Positions 28,883 through 41,529 of a stretch of 64,000 bases of DNA are shown piece by piece. A model generated the notes under the pieces. It worked only from the letters and a program-made list of their open reading frames with translations, searched no databases and had not been told where the DNA came from. Each line of letters opens with the position of its first letter. The stretch's first letter is position 1. The DNA lies in the NCBI GenBank assembly GCA_951406725.2, contig OX597818.1:23002001-23066000 (forward strand), written 5' to 3'. The position numbers were made by a program, and so were the translations under genes. Source of the DNA: Octopus vulgaris (lineage: Eukaryota).

Positions 28883-29058
28883 ATATGTATATGTATGTAT
28901 ATATATGTATATATATATATATATGTATATATATATGTATATGTATATATATATATGTATATGTATGTATATATATATATATATGTACTATGTATATATG
29001 TCCATATGTATATATATATATATATATATGTACATATGTATATGTACATATGTATATG

Positions 29059-29099
<41 letters not shown>

Positions 29100-29190
29100 G
29101 TACATATGTATATATATGTATATATGTATATATATATATATATACATATATATGTATGTGTATATATATATATATACATGTATATATATG

Positions 29191-29224
<34 letters not shown>

Positions 29225-29410
29225 AATATATTTACATATATATATGTATATGTATGTATACATGCATATGTGTATGTATACATTGTATACACGCACGCAC
29301 ATACACATATATATATACATATGTATATGTATTTATATATATATATATTTCTATGTATGTATGTATGAAAGTATCTGTGTGTGTGTGTATGTGTGTGTGT
29401 GTGTGTGTTG
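28570..29410. repeat. ~800-bp (TA)/(TATG) compound microsatellite
   Basis: Direct inspection. Confidence 0.95.
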
Positions 29411-29972
29411 AATATGTATTGATATCAATCAATCAGGCAGACCCACTGCCAATGACCTTTGGATGCCCTCCTTGACTGATCTGATCGATGTGGCTGACGT
29501 TCACTTTCAAGCCGTGTATTTCGATGTTTGCTGGAAAACTAGAGGCGGGAGGCGGAGCAGAAGAATCCTAGGAGGTGGTGACCGTTCTGGTAAGTGATCA
29601 ATGAAGAAAGAATACACTCTGGGATCTGGAACATGAGATTCGGTTCATCTGGTTGTTTAACCCCAGGACAGCTCTGATCAAGCAAATCTAGCAGACCTAT
29701 AATCAAAAGTAGTCCGGCTGTAATCGCATTATCTTTATTATTATTCTTTTTATATTTATAGGCTCCGTCGTGGCTGTATTGTATGAAGCCTACTTCCAAG
29801 CCATATGGTTCCGAGTTCAGTACCACTGCGTGGCACCTTGGGCAAGTATCTTCTACTTATTAACCTCGTGCCGAACAAGGGTTTATGAGTGGATTTGGTA
29901 GACTGAAACTGTAAGAATCCCATCGTATATATATATATATGTGTGTGTGTGTCTGTGTGTCTGTGTGTCTGT

Positions 29973-30009
<37 letters not shown>

Positions 30010-31373
30010 TGTGTTTGTTCCCCACCACCGCTTGACAACCGGTGTTGTATTTCGAGCCCATAACTTAACGATTCAGTAAAAACGACCGATAGAATAAGTA
30101 CCAGGCTGTAAAAAAATAAGTAATGGCCTCGACACATTCGAATAAAAATTCTTCTGGGCGGTGCCCCAGCATGGCCGCATCGGACTACATTATTTGATAT
30201 GTATTTTTCTTAAAACATTTAAGTTATTTCGTGGGAGATTTCGATGGTTTTTTTCTAGCAGGTCGGTGGCCGCGCACAGAGTCACCTCTAAGCTTTGATG
30301 TAACTCAGTAAGAGCGGTAAGACGAACAGAGAAATGCATCGGTGAGTTTGAAGACGTGGATAATGCAACTCGTAAGATAAAAGATAGAGAATCCGTTGTA
30401 ACAGTCACAGATGAAAAAGGAGGATAAATATACATTTGTCAGCCAGTTGTTGGAGGCATGTTGTTGGTCAATCATCTGAATGGTCTTTTTACAGAAGTAA
30501 GCCAGTATATGTTTGTGTATGTAGCAGCAACAAATTCCATCCCCATTCTATGTATTGAACAGCACTCTAAACCCAGTCATACTTTGGCTTTGGCGTATAT
30601 CAGTAACTTATCAGAACTGAAGTCATTGGCATTACTACGAAGTCGAGATATTTTCAAGATTATCTCACCCACCACTTTACTTCTCACTGTAAGTGATGCT
30701 TCCAATTTTATGAATGTACCTTCTGTTGCTTGAGATAAACTATTGTTTACAGACCCTACACTGAAGCTTTGGAGACGGTTTCTGCCCAAAAAGTCGTTGC
30801 TGGATCCTTTCTGTTTGGTCTGGTTTCTTATTCCTTTGCCCTGCTGATTTCGAACGAGGACAGCAGTAACCGTTCTTTTTCTGTAAGGCTGCCTAAAGTG
30901 TAACAAACGAACACAATGGTTAAACTAAAGAGTAACTTTGCTTCGCAATGTATATTAATAAACCTCAAGGTCAGACTTTGAAATCTACTGGATTACACTT
31001 AATTAGGCCTTACTTTTCTCATAGTCAACCTTATGTTGGTTGCTCCGGGGCTGGTAGTTTGCAAGACTTATTTGTCTATGCTCCAAATAAGAAAACAAAG
31101 AATGTTGTTTACTGAGAAGCTCTTACGTAATTTCTTTCAACATGTGATAGAATTTATCTCCTTTCATAAAAGTAGTAAATTTTGTATTTTAGTTTATTAT
31201 TATCATCATTATTATTATTTTACTTTTTTCGTATTATGAATTCAGAATTAATTTCCCAATTGAAGAATAAATTGAATTTAGAATAACCAATTTCTATACA
31301 ACATATTTTACTATATTTCTTCCAATATATATGGAACAATTTCATTCCCGGGCAACGCCGAGTGTCTCTGCTG

Positions 31374-31415
<42 letters not shown>

Positions 31416-32289
31416 CAAAAATAGGATAAGAATGCAAAATATCCAGACAGTTAGGTGATACAAAAAAAGAGACAACATTCAAACAGACGATACAAAGTAA
31501 ACATTCGGAATTTTCTTTCCTCAGTCGAGTTCCAGATTATCTTTGCAATTTCGGCTGGTTATACTCGAGATTGCTCCAATCTGGCCAGCCCCAAGGAAAA
31601 AATAAGCTAAGAGCACTAGATTCCTTGGAAGAAAGCAGCGAATGTATACGAAAACAAGGACGAAAAAAAACTGGAGAAATGGTACACAAATACAAAATGC
31701 AAATAACAGGTCATTAACAGCGGGTGTCTTTCGACCACGGACGAATTAAATTAAGCTGGCGTGTGTGGAAGGGACATAAGATTTGATAGGCAAGATGTTG
31801 CATGGATGGTAGTCGAACCAAGAAAAAAAGGTCAGGCTAGGCAGAACACTGGGCGCGTGGAGAGAGAAGAGAGAGAGAGGCAGAGGGACAGAAGAATTAA
31901 GGAGGGGCGAGAAAAAAATGAAAGGGACAGAGTGAAGTAAAAGAGGAGGGAAGTTGGGCATGAAGAGAAGGTCAGAAAATGAGAGAGAGGGAAACGAAAG
32001 AACGAAGAGTAGAATGAACGAAGTAGGTGTGAAGGGCCTGATGGAAAGAAGGAAAGAATGAAAGACTAGAAGGAATAACAGAGTCGTATAAAATTTAGTT
32101 ATATATATGCTTACAAATAAGATACCAAAGTGTACGTACGTCGCTATATTTTTATATATAAAAAATGCAAAAATGGGACAAGAACGCAAAACATCCAAAC
32201 AATTAGGTGATTCAAAAAAGGGACAACAAAACATCCAGACAGACGATACAGGGAAAACAAGGACAGAAAAAAAAAACAGAGAAATGGTA

Positions 32290-32597
32290 CATATGGGCTA
32301 AAGTGCCATATGAAATCATACATTGCACAACTGCACATTGATTATATATGGACAGATGGTTACGAATGCATATTCTGTCATAAAGTATGCAGATCAAAAA
32401 GTGGCTTGAAAAGGCATAGTAAAGGTTATGGACCTGTAAACTATACAGTCACCAAGTTTTCTTGCACTAATTGTCAAAAAGCATGCAAGTTTTTGGCAGG
32501 CCCCAAAAGCCATATTTGTGCAGCTCATCGATGATATTCTGGGGTGTAAAGAAAACAGGCGATGGCTCTACTCGAAATCGAGTTGGCAACCATCATA
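32290..32597 (+). mobile_element. 3' end of an RTE-like LINE with two C2H2 fingers
   Basis: CIFCHKVCRSKSGLKRH and CTNCQKACKFLAGPKSH...HR*, short UTR with stem-loop CTCGAAATCGAG and CAT tail. Confidence 0.6.
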
Positions 32598-32605
32598 TGT
32601 ATGTG

Positions 32606-32636
<31 letters not shown>

Positions 32637-32828
32637 GTGTGCATTGATGCAAAGTAGTGTTTAGGTATGAGCAGAATTTAGGTTGTTGAAATATGCTTGT
32701 CACATATTTCAACTGCTAAAGTAAATACACGGCAGTTAGCGTGGATTATTAACTGCAGTGTTAGTTAAAATATGTGACAAACATATTTCAACTAACCTAT
32801 ACATACATACATATACATATATATATGC

Positions 32829-32869
<41 letters not shown>

Positions 32870-32881
<12 letters not shown>

Positions 32882-33720
32882 TGAGAATGTCTGTCTGTCT
32901 GTGTGTTTCCCTGAAACTTGAGAACTACACAACCAATTTCATTCAAGTTTTACACATCCCTTACTTAGGGTCCATGTAGTTTCATGGGCAAAAAAAATGT
33001 TCAACTTCTTGCCTAGAGCGAGCCCATAGCAATATCATATCTTCTCCACTATTTCAGTATTACGTGTTAAAAGTGAAACAAAACATTTCTCTATTTTATG
33101 TCAGATACTTACACTTTAACAATAAAAAGGATAATAACAATTGAATTATATGTAGTAAGTAATAATTAAAATCAAACTAAAGTATAATACAATCGTAACA
33201 TAACAAAAGTAAAAATAACAATTGGTATAAAATTGCATCAATGACTTGAACTTGAATAAGTGGTTACACATGAATGGGAATAAATTAAAAATAAAATTAG
33301 CGTGCAGAAATGGAATAGTCCAGATGGATAATAAAAAATTAAATTAAAGAAAAGACTATTGTCTATAAAGTATACAATGTAGAGAAAAAGATTTGAACAC
33401 CTGGAGGAAAGCACCATCGAAATGTGTCTTGGTGCGACTATGAAAGATATCTAACCAGAGGCGGTAAATTCGCCACAATAGAAGCAAGGTTCGAGTCAAC
33501 GGAGCGTGCAACGGAGTACTCGACTCGAACTTGCAAAGTGGAAATATTTTATTTTCACCTTTATATCTGGGACGTAGGACGTCCCGGATAAAAATTAAAA
33601 ACGCCCCCCCTCCCAGCACTAGAGGTAGGCTGGATTGTAGCCACACTTCTATACAAGAGGGAGGACAAGATACAATTGATCGAAATTGCAAGAGGCGGGC
33701 TTACAATTCCAGTCTGTTAT
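32870..33720 (+). mobile_element. Non-autonomous Helitron-like element
   Basis: 5' TATATAAAACTGAGAATGTCTGTCTG; 3' GCGGGC...CCAGT-like end; boundaries uncertain. Confidence 0.5.
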
Positions 33721-33827
33721 ATATTTTGAGTATTGTTATCACTAGCGATATCAAGATATAACTTTGTATTTTGTATTTTATGTGTAGATGTATATATATA
33801 GATGTACATGTAATATGTACACATATA

Positions 33828-34039
33828 CAGTTGCGGCCAAAATGTTCAGAACGGCATTGTTTTCGTCAGAAAAGTAGGTATAAGTTTTTATCAAAGTTGT
33901 TTTATATTCTATAATTTTCACAAACAATAAATACAATATTAATTGTTATTGTCTGAGATTTTGGTGTAATTTGAGAGGATAATACAAAAGTTATGGATGA
34001 TTTAGTGATTTACTGAAAAATCCATGGCGGCCGCAACTG
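33828..34039. mobile_element. Small Tc1/mariner-type MITE
   Basis: TIR CAGTTGCGGCC / GGCCGCAACTG with flanking TA. Confidence 0.75.
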
Positions 34040-34060
34040 TATATACACATATATACATGC

Positions 34061-34099
34061 ACTAGCACTATGACCCGGCAACGACGGGTCATAATGCTA

Positions 34100-34101
<2 letters not shown>
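34061..34101. repeat. 41-bp palindrome resembling a Helitron 3' terminus (hairpin + CTAG)
   Basis: ACTAGCACTATGACCCGGCAACGACGGGTCATAATGCTAGT; related end at 31347-31376. Confidence 0.7.
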
Positions 34102-34133
<32 letters not shown>

Positions 34134-34149
34134 CTTAGAATAACTTAGA

Positions 34150-34735
34150 AAGGTTGTCGTTATGTGATGCGATTTAGATTTTTGTTGTGGACGGATGGCA
34201 CGTGGTCCAAGCCTTGGATGCATTTTGAAGGTGATGCCAACATCATTCGGACAGTGCTGATGGAATATTTTCCACATCATACAGATAATGTAGCGTTCAC
34301 GGCGTCGTTGGAGTGAATACAGTTTCAGCTTCTCTAGTCTACCCCAGTAGTCAAGGTCTGACATGCCATCTATCTTTTTTGTGATTGACCTTTGGGGAGC
34401 TTCGATTCTCATAATATTTTGTTTTGTGTAGGGAGACCACAGTGGACAGTAGTATTCAAGGTGGGGTCGGGCAAAAGTGGACAAAAGAAGGATAATAGTG
34501 TGGGAATCTCTCGACTGGAAGGTTCTGAGAATCCAGGAACACATTCTGCGGGCCATGTCAACTTTGCTGCTTATGTTGTTGTCCACTGTTACTCCCAAGT
34601 CTCTGATGTTGTTGGACGCCATGAGAATTTCTCCAGAAGGAAGGGAGTATGGGAGTTTCAGAGCGTCCTCCCTTCCAAAGTGGATCAGTTCGAATTTGTC
34701 TTCGTTTAGCATCATGTTATTCTTTCCCGCCCATT
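34150..34735 (-). mobile_element. CR1/L2-group LINE ORF2 fragment
   Basis: NEDKFELIHFG, IRDLGV, ILRTF, RPHLEY..PLWSP, LYSLQRRRER. Confidence 0.88.
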
Positions 34736-35192
34736 GGACAACAATATATAAGATATAACAAACTTATATATATATAAGTTTGTTATAATCGGTCAGAGAG
34801 TGACTGTTGGTTTCGCACCTGTTATACGCTTAACTGCGTCGGCGACTCGTCAGGCTCAAAGATCGTTTTTCTCCATTCATACATACATACATACATACAT
34901 ACATACATACATACATACATCAGTGACCTTCCATACATCAACTGAACGCATCGCATGAAAAACACCGAGTAGCTATAGAAAGAATCATCAATTTTATGCA
35001 TTAGCACACGCGCGCATTCACAGTCATACGCATACACATACACATACACACACACAAATTTGTATGTATATATATGTGTGTGTGTGTGTATGTGTACGTA
35101 TATATATATGTATATATATGAATATGTATATACATATATATATATATATATGTATGTATGAATGAATGTATGTATGCATATATATATGTATC

Positions 35193-35240
<48 letters not shown>

Positions 35241-35771
35241 TATGTATGTATGTATGTATGTATACAGAAAACAAAGTTATTTTATTCTACACGGGTAGAA
35301 ATGTAGAAAAAATAGAATTTGAAAATGCACTGAGAATAGTTAAAATATTTTTATTAAGATATTTGAAGGTTTCAGTTTACTCTGATTTTCAAAAAGTTAA
35401 AAAGAAAGACGTAGTTTATGTCGCAGCTGTCTTGCTTCTGAATATTGTTAGAAGTTTGCCCTGTTTTTATAGGGAGTTCATGGCTCAAATTAGTATATGT
35501 TTTCAATAGGATTTGAGTGGCAGAGGATAGCCATATGACTGGTCTTAGGAACAGGACAAACTTCAAACACTAGTCAGAAGCAAGACAACTGGGACGTAAG
35601 CCACGTTTTTCTATTTGAACTTTTTGATAATCAGTGTAAACTGTGAAACCGGTTAAAGCTTCAAATATTTTAACTATTCTCAGTGCATTTTCAACATCTA
35701 TTTTTCCTATAATGTGTGTGTATTTTGTTTATTTTATATTCATATTTACTATAACTTAACATTTGTTCTTT

Positions 35772-35900
35772 ATAATCTCTGACGAAGCCTAGAGATATAT
35801 ACAAGTACCTCATGTTCATCTACCTATTACCTTAATCCACTTGAGTAATATAGGTAGAATGAAGTATTTTTATCTATTGGCTGAAACAGCTGTAAGTTAT
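35772..35900 (+). ncRNA. Hammerhead ribozyme motif with ~95-nt helix II
   Basis: CUGACGA(35779)-agcc...long imperfect hairpin...ggcu-GAAA-cagcug-UA. Confidence 0.75.
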
Positions 35901-36104
35901 TTTACCTATTTATATTCATGTTTTTTTATAATAATTACTGGTATCCTTGTAACTATAATTTATATCTTATATCTTATATGTAAATAATAATATGCTATAT
36001 GTATGTATATTATTATAATTATCAGTTTAATAAATAAATAAGTTAATATTTTAATGTCCAAAAGTTGATGAGCCACCTATTGTTCTCCTCCATTTTCTTA
36101 TTTG

Positions 36105-36144
<40 letters not shown>

Positions 36145-36295
36145 ACATGTATTTATACGAAGGTGTATAAATTATTTTTCATATCCATACACACATATAT
36201 ATATGCTTGTGAGTAATATGTACACACACAAACACTCACGCACACTCACTCACGCACACATATACACACACACTCACACTCACACACGCACTCAA

Positions 36296-36326
<31 letters not shown>

Positions 36327-36648
36327 TTTCGATTGTATATGTGTTTATGCATGGTGTACATACGTGCATATGCAGACATGAGTAAACAGTGGTGAACATG
36401 TAAAACCTGACGCATTCATGGACAATATTGCAAGTAAATCTGAACTGACGTTGATGTATTGCCATAGATGTTGTCAAACGTGCATTAGCATGCACTTGAA
36501 ATGATGCAGTCGTGCAGTAGCATATATAATGTGACTGCTGCACCAAAGGAAATACATTTATCACACGCACACTCACACACACACATACACACACACACAC
36601 ATATGTAATCATATATACACACACATATGTACATACATATCTATCTAT

Positions 36649-36703
<55 letters not shown>

Positions 36704-36887
36704 TACACACATATATATGCGTGGGTGTACGTGTATATATACATATATATATATATAAATATATATATATACATACATACATACATACATACATACATAC
36801 ATACACACATACGTACATATATATGTGTGTGTATGTACATATATATATATACACACATAAATTTGTATGTATATATGTATATATATA

Positions 36888-36937
<50 letters not shown>

Positions 36938-37599
36938 TATATGCATGTATGTATTTATATATGTATATATATATATTGCTCATGTGTGCGTATGCGTATA
37001 TATACAGCATATTTAAACACACATACCATCAACATGCATATGTGTGCTAGTGTGCGTTCGTGTGCGTCCGTGTGTGTGTGTGTTGGGGGGTGCATTCATA
37101 AATATATAATTAGGTATCACGTATCGGATATTTTGCCACATACCAACATACATACATATATATACGTATACACATACACAGACACACACACGTACACATA
37201 TAGACGCAATTACAGCGCTATGCGATACCTTAGCTATCTTTCTCCATCAAGTTAATACTGATGATGTAGTATAAATATTGGTAATATCATACAAGTTCCC
37301 TTTGCTACGTTTGCGTTTTGTCTGTTTGTAATCGCTCATTATGTCCGACTTTTCTCCCCCGCCCATCTCACTCTCGCTCCTCTTTCAGTTCTCTCCCCTT
37401 CCTTCCCATTCGTTTTCGTGTTTATCTGTTTCCTTGCCTACTGGTCTGTCTGTCGCCCAGTGTCAATTTCCGCCTCGGGCTTTCTCTTTTTCATAATCCG
37501 CCGGTTCTATCCGTATTCAGAATATGTCTGTCTATCTGTCTGTCGGTTGGTCGGTCGTTTTCTTCGGTGTCTAGGTTTGTCTTTCTCATCCACTGCTTT

Positions 37600-37715
<116 letters not shown>

Positions 37716-37724
37716 CTTATTCAT

Positions 37725-38562
37725 CTGGAGAAGCAAGCCCATGTCGTCCACCAGCGCCTCCGTCGTGGGACGCTGGACCGACGGTCCGGTCGAGCTGCTC
37801 GGGGTCAGGTTTGGTCCGGATCTCCAAACGGAGAAGAACTGAAACGAGATAACGAGTAGGGTGGTCACTCTCGCCTGGCAATGGGCCGAGAGGAGGCTGT
37901 CCCTAAAAGGTCGGGTGGAGGTGGCGAACACGTACATCGCTTCCGTCATCTACTACCGCCTGACCGTCGTGCCTTGACCTGACCCTACCATCACCAAACT
38001 AGAACGCATTCTCTTCCGCTTCTTGTGGAAAGGATGCGTTCCGATGATCAAGGGATCCGGTCTGCTACCGTGGTTGATGATGTGCAGACACGCACTGAGA
38101 CTGCGACATCTCCAGCTCTACGTAGACGACGGTGAACAGGTGTGGTCGCCGTTTGTGAGGCACACTTTCCCGCAGCTCGTCTCCATGACCGAACTGCAGT
38201 CGTGGATCAAAAAGAGGCCGAGGAAGGGCGAATGGCACTGCGAGTGTTGCGTTGCAACTATGCCGTCCCGGGTCGACCTTGAGCGACTTCAACACAACCA
38301 AAGCATTCTATAGGGGATTAGTGGAGGGGAGGTACGACGACGATCTCGGGGCGAACCTGGGCGTCGACGAGGAATACCTGACTCGCCTGTTCAAGACGAC
38401 TTTCGGGCCGATTCTTATTGGACTATTTTTCCCAGGATCCCTTTTGATCGAAATTCGACCCACTTTTTTTTCGGGATAAACTCTCTTCTTCTCCAAAATG
38501 GGGCCGAAAAGCTCTACGATATTTTCTCCCCCTGTGTTCAGCCCTGTGTGGCCAATAATGAA
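37725..38562 (+). mobile_element. L1/Tx1-like LINE fragment (GC-rich)
   Basis: [43 protein letters not shown]; ends AGCCCTGTGTGGCCAATAA. Confidence 0.8.
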
Positions 38563-38962
38563 ACATATCTACCTTATTCATCCACCTACTTACATTCATA
38601 AATTTATACCAACACTTATCGACCAACCAACCAAACTTTCCGGAAGTTTATCATTTAAGTATATATGAGCATGTCTAGATATGTAACTATATGCATGAGA
38701 AGACATACATAACACAAAACATACAAATCTGCACGTATACATACATACATACATACATACATACATACATACATACATACATACATACAATACCCTGTTG
38801 ATGTTGTTGAAATTCCAATGAAGGAGCCTTTGATCTTGGTTAAAAACCGGCTCTTTCTCTATTGGCAAGAGATCTTGAAATAAAACTGAATAATGACATA
38901 CGTACATACATAATACATACATACTTATCTATCTGTCTTCTGTCTGTCTGTCTATCTATCGA

Positions 38963-39029
<67 letters not shown>

Positions 39030-39803
39030 AGACTTTCTATCTGCATATCTGCCTCATAATTTTTACAACTCATGTATGTGTGTAATGCATATATTTTTTT
39101 TTAATAAATACACGCGTAAAATGAAACCGTAAAATGAGATCCCTGCGGTGAGGTACGTTTTGATGACACCTTGGACTGCACTCGAACCCTTTTAGCAATA
39201 TTAGAGTGGAGGAAGGCCGTGGTCTCATGCTAAGATTGTGTCAACTTACCCAGAGCCAGCGTGGAGTACGACTCAAAACCTCCCATATGAATCTTGCAAT
39301 TAAAGATGCCACAGCCGTTCCTGCCGAATGTGTGAATTTAATTCAAGGTCCAACGAAACCAGATCGAAATAAGAGCGGTGTATTCCGAATTTGACAATCC
39401 AAACACGATACTCGTTTGGATCGCCATGAACTACGTCATAACTTGGTTTGATTCCAAAATGAAGCCAACGTTCAACTGTAGCAATAACTCACTTGGCGCT
39501 TAACTTAAATCATGAATACCACCGACCACATTTTTCCATATATGAATTTGTGTCCTTGTAACACATTGGGAAGCCTTGGCATAATAATGACTTCAAATTT
39601 GGACACAAGGCTAGCAGTTTTCGAGAATAGGGGGTATAGTTGATTACTTTGACCCCAGTACTTGACTGCTACATATTTTATCGGCCCCGAAAGGAAGAAA
39701 GGGAAAGTTGGACACGGCAGAATTTGAAGTCAGAACGTAAAAATGAACGAAATGTCGCTTTGCATTTTGCCCGGTGTACTAACGATTCTGCCAGCTCACT
39801 GCC

Positions 39804-40017
<214 letters not shown>

Positions 40018-40139
40018 CTTAATTTGCTAGAAGGGCATTAGCTGATGTTAACAGTTCAAGGACAGTTTATTATTTGTGTGGGGCTTAGAAGACGGGGATA
40101 GGGGAGGGGAATGAAATAAAAGAAAGTTTATGCAAAATA

Positions 40140-41510
40140 TGTGAAAAAAGTTTATGTAAAATATGGAACGAATAGTCCGCAAGAAACTAATCGCGTTTCT
40201 TAAAGAAAATGATTTACTGACTGACACCTAACATGGATTTCGATTATGTTGAAGCTGCCTAACACAGCTCTTGCAACACTACGAGTGGTGTTAAAACAGC
40301 TGTTAAATGGCTCGTGTGGATGTGATATATCTCGACTTTGCAAAAGCGTTTGATAAAGTCGACCATGGTATGATATGTCACAAACTGCGTGATCTAGTCA
40401 TAAACAGAAAACTTGGAGAATGGCCGCACGACTTTCTAAAAGATAGACGTCAAGCAGCGGTGGCCAATGGAGCCACCTCCAAGGAAACACAAATAACAAG
40501 TGGTGTTCCACAGGGCACTGTCTTAGGGCCACTGCTGTTCATAGTGGCCATCTCAGACATGTCCTCAGCTGCTCAGATAGCCACCCTTGCTAGCTATGTT
40601 GATGACACAAAAGTCTCTCGGGCAATACAGAATCCTGGAAATATTTCACTTCTGCAACGAAAGTTAGGCGTAATATATAGGTGGTCTGAGGACAACAATA
40701 TGCAGTTTAATGCAGGAAAATCCCAAGCCCTGCACTACCAGCACTCAAAGCTAAACGACATACAGACGGGATTCACTGGCCCAGAAGGAATTGCAATCTC
40801 TGAATCAAAATCAGTGCGCGACCTGGGCATTGACATGAGCAATGATGCATCTTTGCAAATGCATATTACCAATTTGGTAATAAAATGCAGACGGCTAACA
40901 GGATAGATCCTTCGAACTTTCAAAACAAGAGAAAATGAGATAATGATGGGTCGGTGGGGGGTGCATAGTCCTGACTACTGCTCCCAATTATAGTCACCAC
41001 ATAATATGAAATTAACAGCGGAACTCGAAGCTATGCAAAGATAATCGTCTCAATGCAACGTATCAGCTACTGGGAAAGACTGAAAGAATTAAAACTCTTC
41101 TCCCTAGAACGAAAGCGGGAAAGATATGCAGTGATATACATCTGAAAAGTCTTGGAAGGCCTTGTACCAAACTTTAGCATTGAAAGTTATACAAAGAGCT
41201 GAACGGGGCGCCACTGCATAGTGACAAAGAGCCAGCATCTCCATCAAAATACAGGACCAAATACTGCAACAGCTTGAGTTTCAAGGGCCCACAGCTCCAA
41301 TATCCTTCCAAAATGCCCGAGAGACCTGCATGGTGTGGATGTAGGTGTATTCAAAACAAAACTGGATCTCCTATTGTCAAGATTCAAGATGAGCCTACAT
41401 CACGCCATTCACCAAAATTCCACATATCAGAGGAGGTTTCAAATAATGGTGTAGCACAGTCAACAGAGGTGTCCCAGCATGACAGCAGCTTTGAAGCTGA
41501 AACAATTTGA
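40140..41510 (+). mobile_element. CR1/L2-group LINE, decayed RT and 3' end
   Basis: LDFAKAFDKVDH, SGVPQGTVLGPLLF, YVDDTK, VRDLG; stops downstream. Confidence 0.9.
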
Positions 41511-41529
41511 AGATTTAAAGACAGGTATG

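Noticed and set aside
29437-29589. Possible exon (open frame and GTAAGT donor on +; good acceptor on -)
   Set aside because: No partner exons or recognisable protein; may be an RTE-like 3' remnant
38813-38870. CCAAUGA...AAAACCGG hammerhead-like variant
   Set aside because: Several core positions deviate
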